Shown here piece by piece: positions 24,631 to 38,239 of a DNA stretch of 64,000 bases (position 1 is its first letter; each line of letters starts with the position of its first letter). The stretch is from positions 1 through 64,000 of the forward strand of contig NW_021833870.1 of NCBI RefSeq assembly GCF_006345805.1, in the 5' to 3' direction. This DNA is from Octopus sinensis. Taxonomy: Eukaryota. The position numbers and the translations under genes were made by a program. The notes under the pieces are model-generated. The model was given only the letters and a program-made list of their open reading frames with translations, was not told the origin of the DNA and searched no databases.

Positions 24631-25754
24631 TATTGTGCATATCCTTCTTGCAAGGTTGAAGGGGATTGTTGTTTAGTGTGTCTTGGGTGGCATGAATTAA
24701 AAAGAAGGTATTGTTTGGCGTCTGTAGCTTTGTAAAATGTCTGTTTCTATTTTAAGGTTAATTTTTTAATTAGTATATCCAAGAATGGGAGCTCCTTTTG
24801 GTTGTATTCCATTGTGAACTGTATATTTGGGTTTATTATGCGTTCAATAGGTTTTTAAATTTTAGGAGTTTATCTGTGTTTTCATTCCAGAGTATAAAAC
24901 AATCGTCCAGGAATCGTTTCCAATTCTCTTTTTGTATTGAGAGAGGGGGTTTCCAAAGATTGATAAAGATTCCTGGTAAATGATTATTTCTAGGTAGCCC
25001 ATTGTTAGGTTCGCAATGACTGGTGCTGCCCTTGTACCCATAGCAATTCGGATTTTTGACGGTAAAATGTATGTCAAACATGAAGTGGTTATTATGTAGG
25101 ATGAATTCAATTGATTTAGTAATGAATTCTTTACTGATCCTTTTTGGTATTCTTCCGGAAATTGGTCCAGCCAGAACTGTATTGCCTCTAGTCCATAATT
25201 ATGAGGTTATACTGTATATAAGTTAACTACATCAAATGAAACCATGATTGTTTCTTCCTTGGCTTTTTTGGAAGGTGGTTAACATCTAAGTCATCTCTGA
25301 TATGGCTATCGATATGTTTAAGGAAGGGTTTCAGGAGGATGCCCATAAATAGATTTAGTCTGTGTGTTTCACAGGTTGGGCCAGCTACAATGGGTCGTAG
25401 TTTTAGGTTCCCCGGGTTTGGTGTGTGTATGTATGTCTTTGGTGATTTTTTAATGGTTTCATTTATAATTTGGCTTTTATGAATTTTTGGCAGACCATAG
25501 AAGAGGCTAGGTTTGCATTTAAAGTTATGTCATTGTAAGAAAAAAGTTTATAATATTCTTCAGACATATTGACTCAAATATATATTTTTTAACCTTTTAA
25601 AACAAGCCTTCTGTAGTTTTTTCACTTTTTACTATTTTCTATATATTCAACCACGTGCTTTCACAAACCAAATTTCTCATCTATATATATATATATATAT
25701 ATATATTTATGTATGTATGTATGTATGTATGTATGTATGTATGTATGTATGTAT

Positions 25755-26471
25755 GTATGTATACAGGGTGTTTCATAATGATCAGACGCATACTTTGGTT
25801 ATACATTATTCATATCCCTTAAGTAATGTTATAGTCGATGAAATGGCCACACACCCATTCGACAAAAAAAAAGAGTCACCGTTAGTGTGAATCGGGTATA
25901 TGTGCAATGAAGTAGCCTATAGAGTTGCCACGTACAAACCATAGAATTTTATTATAACCGGGTATATAGTCAAGCCAATGATTCTCTGACCTTATTTTTC
26001 AATTCCGGGTGGTGAAAAGGAAAAAGAAAAGGTAAGAGAAAAGAACGCTGTCGACGTCACACGGGCATGAACTCAAAACACAAAGATGACGACGACGACA
26101 ATAACATTAACAACAACAAGGACATTAGTAAAACTAGTATTAAGTATGAAATGAATTGTAAAAAGCGAACAGTCAGCATCTATTGTTATGGCTGGTATGT
26201 CATTTGTTGTTGTAGTTATTGTTGTTGTTGTTGTTGTCGAAACTGGACATTAAGTGCAGTGATGTGAGTCTAGCATACGCTGAGAGGGTTTGAGTACTTG
26301 AATACATTAGAAGTCAACACCAGAATAATGTGTGTCAGCTCTGCCTCTTCTCTCGGGTTATTCGGTGCATTTCTGTACAACAACCACACACTAAGCTAAT
26401 TATGAAAATAATAATAAGGCCTACAAAGTACACGCACTCATCACACACACACGCATACGTAACTACATTCA

Positions 26472-26521
<50 letters not shown>

Positions 26522-26559
26522 GAGAGAGAGATATTTAGCATTTCTCTCTCTCTTCATAT

Positions 26560-26593
<34 letters not shown>

Positions 26594-27344
26594 CATAGAG
26601 AGAGAGAGAAACACATATAATGTATGTATGTATACAGGGTGTTTCATAATGATCAGACGCATACTTTGGTTATACATTATTCATATCCCTTAAGTAATGT
26701 TATAGTCGATGAAATGGCCACACACCCATTTCGACAAAAAAAAAAGAGTCACCGTTAGTGTGAATCGGGTATATGGTGCAATGAAGTAGCCTATAGAGTT
26801 GCCACGTACAAAACCATAGAATTTTATTATAACCGGGTATATAGTCAAGCCAATGATTCTCTGACCTTATTTTTCAATTCCGGGTGGTGAAAAGGAAAAA
26901 GAAAAGGTAAGAGAAAAGAACGCTGTCGACGTCACACGGGCATGAACTCAAAACACAAAGATGACGACGACGACAATAACATTAACAACAACAAGGACAT
27001 TAGTAAAACTAGTATTAAGTATGAAATGAATTGTAAAAAGCGAACAGTCAGCTCTATTGTTATGGCTGGTATGTCAGTTGTTGTTGTAGTATTGTTGTTG
27101 TTGTTGTTGTCGAAACTGGACATTAAGTGCAGTGATGTGAGTCTAGCATACGCTGAGAGGGTTTGAGTACTTGAATACATTAGAAGTCAACACCAAGAAT
27201 GATGTGTCAGCTCTGCCTCTTCTCTCGGGTTATTCGGTGCATTTCTGTACAACAACCACACACTAAGCTAATTATGAAAATAATAATAGGCCTAAAAAGT
27301 ACCACGCACTCATCACACACACACGCATACGTAACTACATTCAG

Positions 27345-27381
<37 letters not shown>

Positions 27382-27429
27382 GAGAGTGAGAGAGAGAGAG
27401 AGAGATATTTAGCATTTCTCTCTCTCTCA

Positions 27430-27474
<45 letters not shown>

Positions 27475-27510
27475 TAGAGAGAGAGAGAAACACATATAAT
27501 GTATGTATGT
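25755..27510 (+). repeat. ~871-bp direct tandem duplication (2 copies)
   Basis: CAGGGTGTTTCATAATGATCAG starts at 25764 and 26635; copies are near-identical apart from small indels. Confidence 0.95.
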
Positions 27511-27640
27511 AATAATGTATGTATTCATACACAGACACACACACATCTCTTACATATGTAGGTGTGTGTGTATACACGCCCACTGAAATACCTATGTTAT
27601 GTATGCATATGTATGTATGTATCTAAGTAAGTAAGCATGG

Positions 27641-27676
<36 letters not shown>

Positions 27677-27964
27677 CTATATATATATATACATACACTG
27701 ATACGCACACATCACTTGTATATGTAGTGTGTATATATATAAATACACACGCCCACTAACATACCTATGCTATGTATGCATGCGTAAGTTTGTGTGTGGG
27801 TGTGTATATATAATTATATATATGTGTGTGTGTATAAATGTATGTATATACACACACATACACACAAGTCCACTCAGATTTTTGCTTTGTGTATGCATAC
27901 GTAATTTTGTGTATATGCCTACATGTGTGCGTAGGTATGCATGTGTGTGCGTGTGTGTGCGTGC

Positions 27965-27995
<31 letters not shown>

Positions 27996-28529
27996 TGTGT
28001 GTGTGTGTTTGTGTTTCTTCTGTGGTGCCTACGTAAATATACTTTCCTGGCATGTGTTGAAGAGTACAGCCGAAAATGAGGTCCTATTATCAGCAGCGTG
28101 TGTTGGAATATGAAGAGAATATGATGTGACGATGCGAATGGAAAAGAACTAAAATGACATTAAATAAGAATAGTTGAGGTGAGAAATTCAATAGAATTGC
28201 TTCTTGCTACACATTGAAATACGTTTAGTTTAATAATCATGTTGGAAACAAGATTACATAAATAATTGATGATAGCGAAGTTCGTACATGAGCAGACCAG
28301 CGGATTAGGAATGATGACGATAATGACAACAACAACAACAGCAACAGCAACAACACTAGCAACGATAATCACGTCAACAACAATAACATCATCAATAACA
28401 ACAACAACAATAACAATTTCAACTTCGACAATCATAACACTAATAATAATAACAATAATAACGGAGTAGAAATATTAGCAAATGAAGATGGTGGATGATA
28501 AAAATATAATGCTTGCAAAAACATTAATG

Positions 28530-28594
28530 TGAATAATAATAATAATAATAATATAATAATAATAATAATAATAATAATTAATAATATCATAATC

Positions 28595-28639
<45 letters not shown>

Positions 28640-28664
28640 TATAAAATATATAATAATAATAATA

Positions 28665-28741
<77 letters not shown>

Positions 28742-28781
28742 TAATAATAATAATAAATAATAATAATAATAAATAATAATG

Positions 28782-28829
<48 letters not shown>

Positions 28830-29016
28830 TAATAATAATAATAATAATAATATAATAATAATAATAATCATAATCATACTACTACTACTACTACTACTAC
28901 TAATACTACTAATATAATAATAATAATAATAATAATAATATAATAATAATAATAATAATAATATAATAATAATAATAATAATATAATAATAATAATAATA
29001 ATAATAATACTAATAC

Positions 29017-29091
<75 letters not shown>

Positions 29092-29093
29092 AA

Positions 29094-29136
<43 letters not shown>

Positions 29137-29212
29137 AATGTATATAATAATAATAATAATAATAATAATATAATAATACTAATAATAATAATAATAATAT
29201 AATGATAATAAT

Positions 29213-29250
<38 letters not shown>

Positions 29251-29275
29251 CAACACAACAACAATAACCGTAATA
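28530..29275 (+). repeat. Long imperfect (AAT)n/(ACT)n microsatellite
   Basis: Direct reading. Confidence 0.95.
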
Positions 29276-29574
29276 GTAATAATTGTGATGATGATGTTGA
29301 TGATTTTTAAAAACTATATTTTCAAATAATAATGATCATATTGCTGATTATATTTTTTTGATAAAGCAGTAATAACGTCAAGATCAATAAAAGCAACGAT
29401 AATAGCAACAAGAATGATAAGAATGATTTCAAATGTTTGGCACAAGGCCAGCAATATTGGAGGGGATGGCGAGTAAGTCGAATACATCGACTCCAGTGCT
29501 CAACTGGTACTCATTTTATCGACCACAAAAGGATGAAATAATAATAAATAATAACAACAACAACAGCAACAACA

Positions 29575-29650
<76 letters not shown>

Positions 29651-30266
29651 CACAAACCACCCCCAGTGCTTGAAAAGGATCACATCTCCCTCCTCTGGAA
29701 CTTCACCATTTAAACTGACAGAAAGATAGATGCGAATAGGCCAGACAACGATGCGAATAGGCCAGACAACATATTGAAAGACTTCAGACAAAAATCATGC
29801 TTCCTCATTGATATGACTGTCCTGATCGTTATAAACTTATCTGTCAAGACCTACCCAAAACTGAGCAAATATAAAGATCTTGAAATAGAAATTAGCAAAA
29901 TGTGGAACCTGAAGACTAAAACAAGACCTGTTGTCATAGGTGCCCTGTGAATGATAGCAAAAGGGGCTGATTGCTACCTAGCTAAGATACCAGGAAACCC
30001 CCAAATGGCAGAAATTCAAAAGATAGTGCTCATGGGAACTGCTCATATCCTACGCAAAATACTTTCTATGTAATCTCAAGTTTTAAAACAAACATAATTT
30101 TCTTATGGATCTTAAACATTCTCTAGAACAACACTATGTACAAAACCAAATATATGGCACCCTAGGCATAACACCAACATGAACTTCCAACTTGTTGTCT
30201 CTTGAGGTCTCTGGGTGAGACCTGGAGCCAACTTGTACAAATGTAAAGCAAAAGTCAAGCATAAAA
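29651..30266 (+). mobile_element. R4/Dong-type LINE 3' fragment (restriction-like endonuclease), second subfamily
   Basis: LLWNF...TDRKIDANRPD...CFLIDMTV...KLSKYKDLEIEISKMWNLKTKTRPVVIGAL; 21-bp internal duplication GATGCGAATAGGCCAGACAAC; AAT flanks. Confidence 0.85.
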
Positions 30267-30290
30267 TAATAATAATAATAAATAATAATA

Positions 30291-30337
<47 letters not shown>

Positions 30338-30338
<1 letters not shown>

Positions 30339-32071
30339 GTTCTATTTAGCATCTGATATGCTAATAGAACTGGATGCGGATATAATGTTACGGCAAAACG
30401 ATCACCAGCCACCTTTTATATATGGATGACCTAAAACTATACGCTGCAAATGACAAACACTGGAAACACTATTAAAGACAGTTCATGGATTTACCAAAGA
30501 AATAGAATGAAATTTGGATTAGAAAAATGCGCCAAAGTAACCATGAAAAGAGGAAAACTAGTTAAGAGTAACAACATCACACTAGATAAAACCAATGAAA
30601 TAAAAGAATTAGACCAAAGCCAAACTTACAAATACTTAGGAATCCATGAACTAGATAAGACACAACACACACAAATGAAAGAGAAAATAAAATAAGAATA
30701 TAGAGACGAGTTAGATCAATACTAAAACAGAGCTCAATGCTAAAAACAAGATAATAGGTATCAACACTTTAGCTGTCCCAGTTATAAGTTACAGCTACAA
30801 TATCCTTAACTGGACACGAAATGAACTGTCCAAAATAGATAGGAAAACAAGAAAAATACTGACAGGATCTAGGATGCATCACCCAAAATCTGACATAGAA
30901 AGACTATATATACAACGTATAGAAGGTGGTAGAGGCCTTATACAGCTGGAAAACTACTATAAAATAACAACCATAGGACTGCAAAAATACCTACTTCAGA
31001 AGGAAGGAAAACTGATCCAGATAGCAGCAAAACACGAGCAAAACAAAAAACTGTTCTCAGTATTTAAGGAAGCTGACAAATACAAACAAGAAATCATACC
31101 ACCTAATAAACCAAGAAGAAGAAGAAGATGATGAAGAAACAACAAAAGCTATAAAACAAATGAAATCCAAACTAAATAGAACAGCAACGAGCCATGATAA
31201 AACGATGGCAAGAAAAGCCCCTTCATGGTAAATACTGCACTAAACTAAACTAAACGCAAAAGAAATAGACAAAGAAAAATCCCAGCAATGGATGAGAAGC
31301 TCAGGACTCAAAGCAGAAACAGAGGGATTTTTAATTGCAGCACAAGACCAAAGCCTCCCCACCAGAATTACCAAAACATGTAATGAAAAGAAATATTACA
31401 AGTAAACTGCAGAATATGTGGAGATGGACAAGAAACAATAAATCATATTATCTCTAGCTGCCCAGTCCTGGCTAAGAAGGAATATATTCACAGACATGAC
31501 AGAGTTGGAACCTACATACATTGGAAGCTATGCCAACATTATGGAATAACAACAGAAAAAAGATGGTATAGGCACACACCAGAAAAGGTCACAGAAACGA
31601 GAAAGCAACCATACTCTGGGATATGCCGATACACACAGATAGAGAAATTAAGGCCAACAGACCAGATATAGTTGTCAGAGACCATGAAGAAAAAAAATGC
31701 TTTCTAATTGAGGTATCAATACCGGCAGATGACAACGTGTCTCTAAAAGAAATGGAGAAACTCTCAAAATACAAGACCTGGAAATAGAGGTAACTAGAAT
31801 GTGGAACCTGAAAACAGAAACAATTCCTATCATAGTAGGTGCATTAGGCATGATAAAAAAATATTCAGACAAATACATAACAAAAACACCAGGACTTACA
31901 AACACATATAACATACAGAAAATTGCACTACTAGGCACTGCACACATCCTACGCAGAACACTTTCCATACAATAACCATCAGAGCATCACAACAAATCAC
32001 AGCACATACCCAAGGCACACGGAGCTGCGCTCGGTAGTGAAGTGAAAGCACGCTATAAAAATAAATACTGA
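30338..32071 (+). mobile_element. 5'-truncated R4/Dong-type LINE (RT C-terminus, CCHC knuckle, RLE endonuclease)
   Basis: HLLYMDDLKLYA, MKFGLEKCA, YKYLGI, GGRGL, CRICGDGQETINHIISSC, ILWDMPIHTDREIKANRPD; frameshifted; (AAT)n on both sides. Confidence 0.92.
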
Positions 32072-32085
32072 ATAATAATAATAAT

Positions 32086-32492
32086 CATAAGGAAAATAAG
32101 TGTAGAGAGGGAAGTGTTGTCTTCTGGCCAGTTTGCTGAGAAATGGATGAAACTGGCGAGAATGGTGCGAGTAAACGGGCCTGCCCTGAGCATACGCCTA
32201 TAGTTGGAAAGAAGGAAAGAAGAAAAAGTGACCTGCCCCAAAAGTCAGGATACCCATGGCTTTTTTTATGGGGTTTTTCCATGAGCCGCCCTCGAACGTG
32301 TCCTCCCTACTGAGGATGACACATTGTTGATTTCTTTTTTCTTCTCTCTCTCTCTCTCTCTCTTTTTTATAAATTTGCTAGTCTTGTTTACACACAAAAC
32401 ACTCACAACACACTTACACATTCTTTTTGTCCTGTACTGACGATAATGTCTTTCTTAATGTAAACCATTTTTGATTAATAAAGAAAAATAGA
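32086..32492 (+). mobile_element. Probable L1/Tx1-like LINE 3' end
   Basis: RKISVEREVLSSGQFAEKWMKLARMVRVNG...* resembles L1/Tx1 ORF2 C-termini; followed by a UTR with AATAAA. Confidence 0.55.
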
Positions 32493-32533
32493 TTATCATC
32501 ATCATCATCATCATCATCATAATAATAATAATA

Positions 32534-32614
<81 letters not shown>

Positions 32615-32630
32615 ATTATTATTATTATTA

Positions 32631-32679
<49 letters not shown>

Positions 32680-32681
<2 letters not shown>

Positions 32682-33242
32682 GATATTGAGTGAGCAAGCA
32701 GAGCATGCCATCAAAGTGACACTGGGGTAAAATATACGAAGCCCAGTATACCCATCATGACTACCCGTCTGATAAGGGTACACCAGGCACATGCATCACA
32801 ACCATATGTGCCTGACATGTGATCTCATATCAAGATAAACAGCACATGACCTTGCAGGTGGAGCCCAGTTAGAATTTTCTTCAGATCGAGTAACCCATCC
32901 CGCTCAAAAGGTCCCTGAATAAGGGTTGTATTTAAGGACGTTGAACGAAACACCCATGTTTCCAGAGGTGAATTATTCAACCCAAAGAATCCTTCTCAAC
33001 ACATGGCTATGATGCTCCCCCACTACTTCTGCTCGTGATCAGAGATGCACATATCGTCAGCCACTAAGGGACATGCTCAACTGGTTAAGGTCAAACAACT
33101 GACAAGCAAATCTGTGGTATTGAGCAGATATTTGCTGTAGCCCATCTTTTTACCAAGACAAAACAATGTACATGATAACACTTCCAATCAGTTAAGATCA
33201 GAAGCCATGAGAGCCACTGCCTGGTACTGCATCAGGGCATTT
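32680..33242 (-). mobile_element. ~560-bp non-coding element inserted in (TAA)n, probably a Dong/R4-dependent non-autonomous retroelement
   Basis: Complex, higher-GC sequence bounded on both sides by (TTA)n; no ORF; long 5' hairpin on the minus strand. Confidence 0.55.
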
Positions 33243-33257
33243 ATTATTACTATTAAT

Positions 33258-33333
<76 letters not shown>

Positions 33334-33372
33334 CATTATTATTATTATTATTTTCATTAAGTCAAAATTAAG

Positions 33373-33551
33373 AGAAGAGTGCCATTGTTATCTAGTGAGA
33401 TATTTCGACATCTTGTGTGTCTTCAGGAGGAGTTACCCCAATCCTTTCTATATTAACCAAAATGAAGTAGATTGACAAATTTATTTTTGAGCCAGTTAAA
33501 GACACACAAGATGTCGAAATATAGTTCACTAGATAACAATGGCACTCTTCT
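33373..33551. repeat. ~50-bp inverted repeat with hammerhead-like arms
   Basis: AGAAGAGTGCCATTGTTATCTAGTGA...TTTCGACATCTTGTGTGTCTT versus AAGACACACAAGATGTCGAAA...TCACTAGATAACAATGGCACTCTTCT. Confidence 0.85.
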
Positions 33552-33561
33552 ATTATTATTA

Positions 33562-33596
<35 letters not shown>

Positions 33597-33641
33597 CATC
33601 ATTATTCAGTAGTTTTATTTTTATAGCGTGCCTTCACTTCA

Positions 33642-34490
33642 CGTCAGAAACGTTAGCACGCCGGGCGAAATGTTTAGCGGTATTTCGTCTGCCGCTACGT
33701 TCCGGGTTCAAATTCCGCCGAGGTCGACTTTGCCTTTCATCCCTTCGGGGTCGATTAAATAAGTACCAGTTACGCACTGGGGTCGATATAATCGGCTCAA
33801 TCCGTTTGTCTGTCCTTGTTTGTCCCCTCTGTGTTTACTACTTGGCCTGTTTACTACTTGTGGGTAGTAAAGAAATAGGTATTTCGCCTGTCGTTACGTT
33901 CTAAGTTCAAATTTCACCGCAGTCGACTTTGTCTTTCATCCTTTCGGGGTCGATAAATTAAGTACCAGTTTCGTAATGGGGTCGATGTAATCGACTTAAT
34001 CTCTTTGTCTGTCATTGTTTGTCTCCTTTATGTTTAGCCCCTTCTGGGCAATAAAGAAATAAGAAACGTTGGCAAGCCGGGCGAAATGCTTAGCGATATT
34101 TCGTCTGTCTTTACCTTCTGAGTTCAAATTCTACCGAGGTCGACTTTGCCATTCATCCTTTCGCAGTCGATAAATTAAGTATCAGTTGCGTACAGGGATC
34201 GATCTAATCGACTGGCCCCCTATCCTAAAATTTCCAGCCTTGTGCCCAGAGTAGAAAATAATATTTTTAAAAGGCGGTGAGCTGGCAGAAACGTTAGCAT
34301 ACCGGGCGAAATGCTTACCAGTATTTTGTCTGCCTTAACATTCTGCGTTCAAATTCCGCTGAAGTCGACTTTACCGTTTCATCCTTTCGGGATCGGAAAA
34401 TTAAGTACCAGATTTTTACTGGCATCAATCTAATGGACTGACTCCCTCCCCCAAAATTCTTGGCCTTGTGCTCAGTGTAGAAAAAATATT
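33642..34490 (+). mobile_element. SINE family B tandem array (4 units)
   Basis: Repeated GTTCAAATTCCGCCGAGGTCGACTTTGCCTTTCATCC...GGGGTCGAT units starting near 33645, 33879, 34062 and 34272. Confidence 0.88.
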
Positions 34491-34663
34491 TTTCTTACAC
34501 GCCGCTGGTACTCTCTTTTTGTCTTTTCCTTCATGTCGTGATGTTTGATTCCATCTGCATCAAGTATTCCCATGTATTTATAGCTGGACTGAGGTTGAAT
34601 TGCCTTCACCATTTTACCATTATTATCATTATCATTATCAATATTATTATTATTATTATATTA

Positions 34664-34701
<38 letters not shown>

Positions 34702-34704
34702 GTT

Positions 34705-34739
<35 letters not shown>

Positions 34740-35370
34740 GGTGGTGGTGGTGGTGGTGGTGGCAGCAGCGGCAGCGGCGGCGGTGGTGGTGGTGGTGGCT
34801 CTTTGGTGGTGGTTGTTTGGTGGTGGTGGTGGTGGTGGTGGTGGTTTGGTGGTGGTGGTGGTGGAGGCGGTGGTGGTGGTGGTGGTGATAGAGGCGGCGC
34901 TGGTATTAATGGTGATACTTCTTGGCCTGCTGATGGCGGCAGTGGTGCGACAGTGACGGTGGTACTGGGGGGGGAGGAGTGATGGTACCTGTGCAAGTAA
35001 TGGTGACTGACTGACGAGTCAATCGGTATAATAGAAAATGAACCAAGTTCACGCATACGCATTCACACACCCAAACCTCACCATCACCCTCTCCCTCCCT
35101 CTGTCATATTCACCTTCTCTGCCTGTCGCCATCTTTATTTTTTTCGTGTCTCTCTTGTAAGATGTTAAATTTAATAAGTTATATGTTGTTATGACGCCTC
35201 ATTGATAAGAAGACGGAAAATGGATAAATAAATAAATAAATATGGAACAGTAAGAAAAAAGTGAAGAATATTGTGAACTGGAATCAAATTCAATAACACG
35301 AACAGCAGTCTTAATGTGACGAGTATGTATATATATATATGTATGTATATATATGTATATATATATATGT

Positions 35371-35430
<60 letters not shown>

Positions 35431-35727
35431 GTATGTATTTATGTATATATATATATATATACATATATATAATACATACATCTATATATACATATATATA
35501 TATATATGTACATATACATATATATACATATATATACATAATATATACATATATATAGATAGATTAATACACATATATATCAATCTATCTATCTCTCTAT
35601 ATACATATATATATATATAATATATATATTAATATATATATTATATATATGTACATGCATACACAGACATACATATATATGGATAGATAGATAAAATACA
35701 CAACACACACACACCACACATATATAT

Positions 35728-35764
<37 letters not shown>

Positions 35765-36194
35765 ATACATACATATATATATATATAGACTATATATATT
35801 AATATATTTTTAATCTATAATTAAAATTAATATTTAGATTATACCTATGTATATACGAGTGTATGCATGTATGTGTGTATTACTTTATGCTTCCATATAT
35901 ATTTTATTTACATAAATATATATAACATGTTTCTATAAGATATATATCTACACCCAGATATATAATATTAACAAATATGTTTATACACTTTGTAATAGCT
36001 TACAATTGTGTGTGTGTGTGTTTCTGTATTCATATATATATAGTTTCGGATGTCGGGGCGGAAACCCACGCCAGAGTTTTATCATGGCTACCGAATAATT
36101 GTCACATATTATATTTACAGATAAATTCCTCTATTTGCATAATATCGAGGTCACTTTCATTCTTTTGTTGTCTTGCCATTTCTACCAATATATA

Positions 36195-37095
36195 TATGAC
36201 CGGTTCGCAGAACACCTCCGAGACATCTGACTCGGCAATGACACCCAGGTCTCGCACCATTTCCGGTTTACCGGTCACTCTTTGCAACACATGTCCGTGT
36301 TCGGATTGTCCCTGCACAGTGGCCATCTGGACTCCCGTTTGCGCCGTGAACAGGGATTAATCTTCACTCTTCGCTCCTTTGCGTCACATGGGCTCAGCTC
36401 TTTTCCCCTCTTCATCTAATCTCCTCCCCACACCTACTTCCTCCCACCCACCTTTCCTCTCTTGCTCCAACTCCTACTTCTCTTCACTCCTACCACCTTC
36501 TCCTTCCCCTTCATCGTCACCCCTCCCTCGTAAGCCCAACCCACCCCATCTCTTACACCCACTCCCACATACCCCACCCCTAACCGGACCCTCTGCCTAC
36601 CCACATACCCCACCCTCAGCTTGACCCACACTCTACCCGTGCTTTCCCCAGTCTCGCCTCCCCTATCTCCCAACACCATCACACCACACATCACTACACC
36701 ATACATCACCATACCACACAACACATCACATCACACCACTACGCACACAATAGCACTGACCACTTCCCAGACCCACATTTTCACACCGACACACACACAC
36801 ACGCACACGTCAAGATCAACAGCCCTATTCCACACGGACATACAAACACTCTTATACACACGCACGCGCACCTCCGTTTTGGGATCACCACTGCTTTATT
36901 ATCTCTCCTTCTGCCTAGCTCTCCTGTGTGACCCTTCTGTCCGGCATTCGCCATGATAGATCGCTAGCCACAACACATTCTTTATGTTCTCTCCCTGTTT
37001 CTTTCTGTGTTCCCTTCTGTAGAAAAGCGTAGGCTTCTGTTTGTTGTCCTACACCACCTGTCTTCGTCTTTTGTTCTTTTGTGAATTTTCCTCCT
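36195..37095 (+). mobile_element. PLE 3' end: GIY-YIG C-terminus plus 3' UTR/pLTR
   Basis: DRFAEHLRDI*LGNDTQVSHHF...GHS...SRLRREQGLIFTL...HGL; terminal segment homologous to 23238-23423. Confidence 0.8.
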
Positions 37096-37098
37096 ATA

Positions 37099-37189
<91 letters not shown>

Positions 37190-38203
37190 TATATATATTG
37201 AGAGGGAGAGAGATACACATGAATATTTTTATCCTTTAAGTTCATTTACGGAATACGTTTTTGACTTGGCACATAAAAGCTGCTATGATATATATTCACA
37301 CCCACACGCATACTATATACCTATATTTATATATACATAATATGTCACAATTCTCTGGGAAAGATACCCGTAATTCATGTAGGTAACATTCTCAGGTGAT
37401 CTGATTGGTGGTGTGTTGCGTCTTAGTTCTATAATCGGACATCACCTAGGTGTGTTGGTATATATCTCTCTTCCTGTAAACATTATACACACATACCTCT
37501 GTAAAGGCTGAAACGAAATCCACTATCAATCTGGTAGTCTCTGCTTGTTCGCTGCACATGTGGAAGAAGGAATAATGGTGCTGTGTCTTAGGTATATAAT
37601 GAATCCCTTGTAATGAGGTATGAAAGGAAAATAAACCCTGGAATAGGACCCCAACCCCTCGCAACTGTCTGTTACTCTCTGAGAATTAGCGAACTAAGTT
37701 AATGCAGGACAGTGGTCTGTTATGAATGTTTTATATTCATTTTGGAAATACATCTCTCTATGTATTTCGTCTGCTGGATTCATGAATGTCACCTGTGTTG
37801 GTGATGCCTCTTATACGGAAATGCGTGTCCACACCTGTCTGTCCTATTATCTCCAAACAGACTGACCGCCTTATTTTAATGGCGTGCCAACTTTTAGAAA
37901 ATTCTTGACTCTTGAAATTATCTCCCCTTCTCGGGTTGATCGCAGCAACCACCAGGCAAAGCAATAACTAGTAGTTATTATTTTGGCGAAGGAAAGATAA
38001 TCTCTTTAAAATTTTTGTCATTAATACATATTAATATATGTATATGCGCGTGTCTTTGTGTTCGTTTGTAAACAAATTCCCATGCCTGTCTTTAGTAAAT
38101 GCACATTTTGTGTAGTTATGATAAATAGACCATTGTCGTTCGAATGGATTGGAAGGCAATTCGAATAGTTGGCCAGTCATCGGGATGTTTATTTTGTCCG
38201 TTC

Positions 38204-38239
<36 letters not shown>

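Larger units (their letters stand above)
23538..25681 (-). mobile_element. 5'-truncated Penelope-like retroelement (Neptune-like): RT plus GIY-YIG, inverted pLTR arm at 25525-25681
   Basis: YGLPKIHK, LRPIVAG, FDVVNLY, AMGTRAAP, WKRFLDDCF RT motifs (frameshifted); CGRPNCATC zinc knuckle and NIIYVIKC...YVGST GIY-YIG; terminal inverted repeat of the 3' UTR. Confidence 0.95.

Noticed and set aside
34600-35062. Proline/histidine-rich or poly-Val ORFs
   Set aside because: Compound (TAT)n(TAG)n(GGT)n microsatellite.
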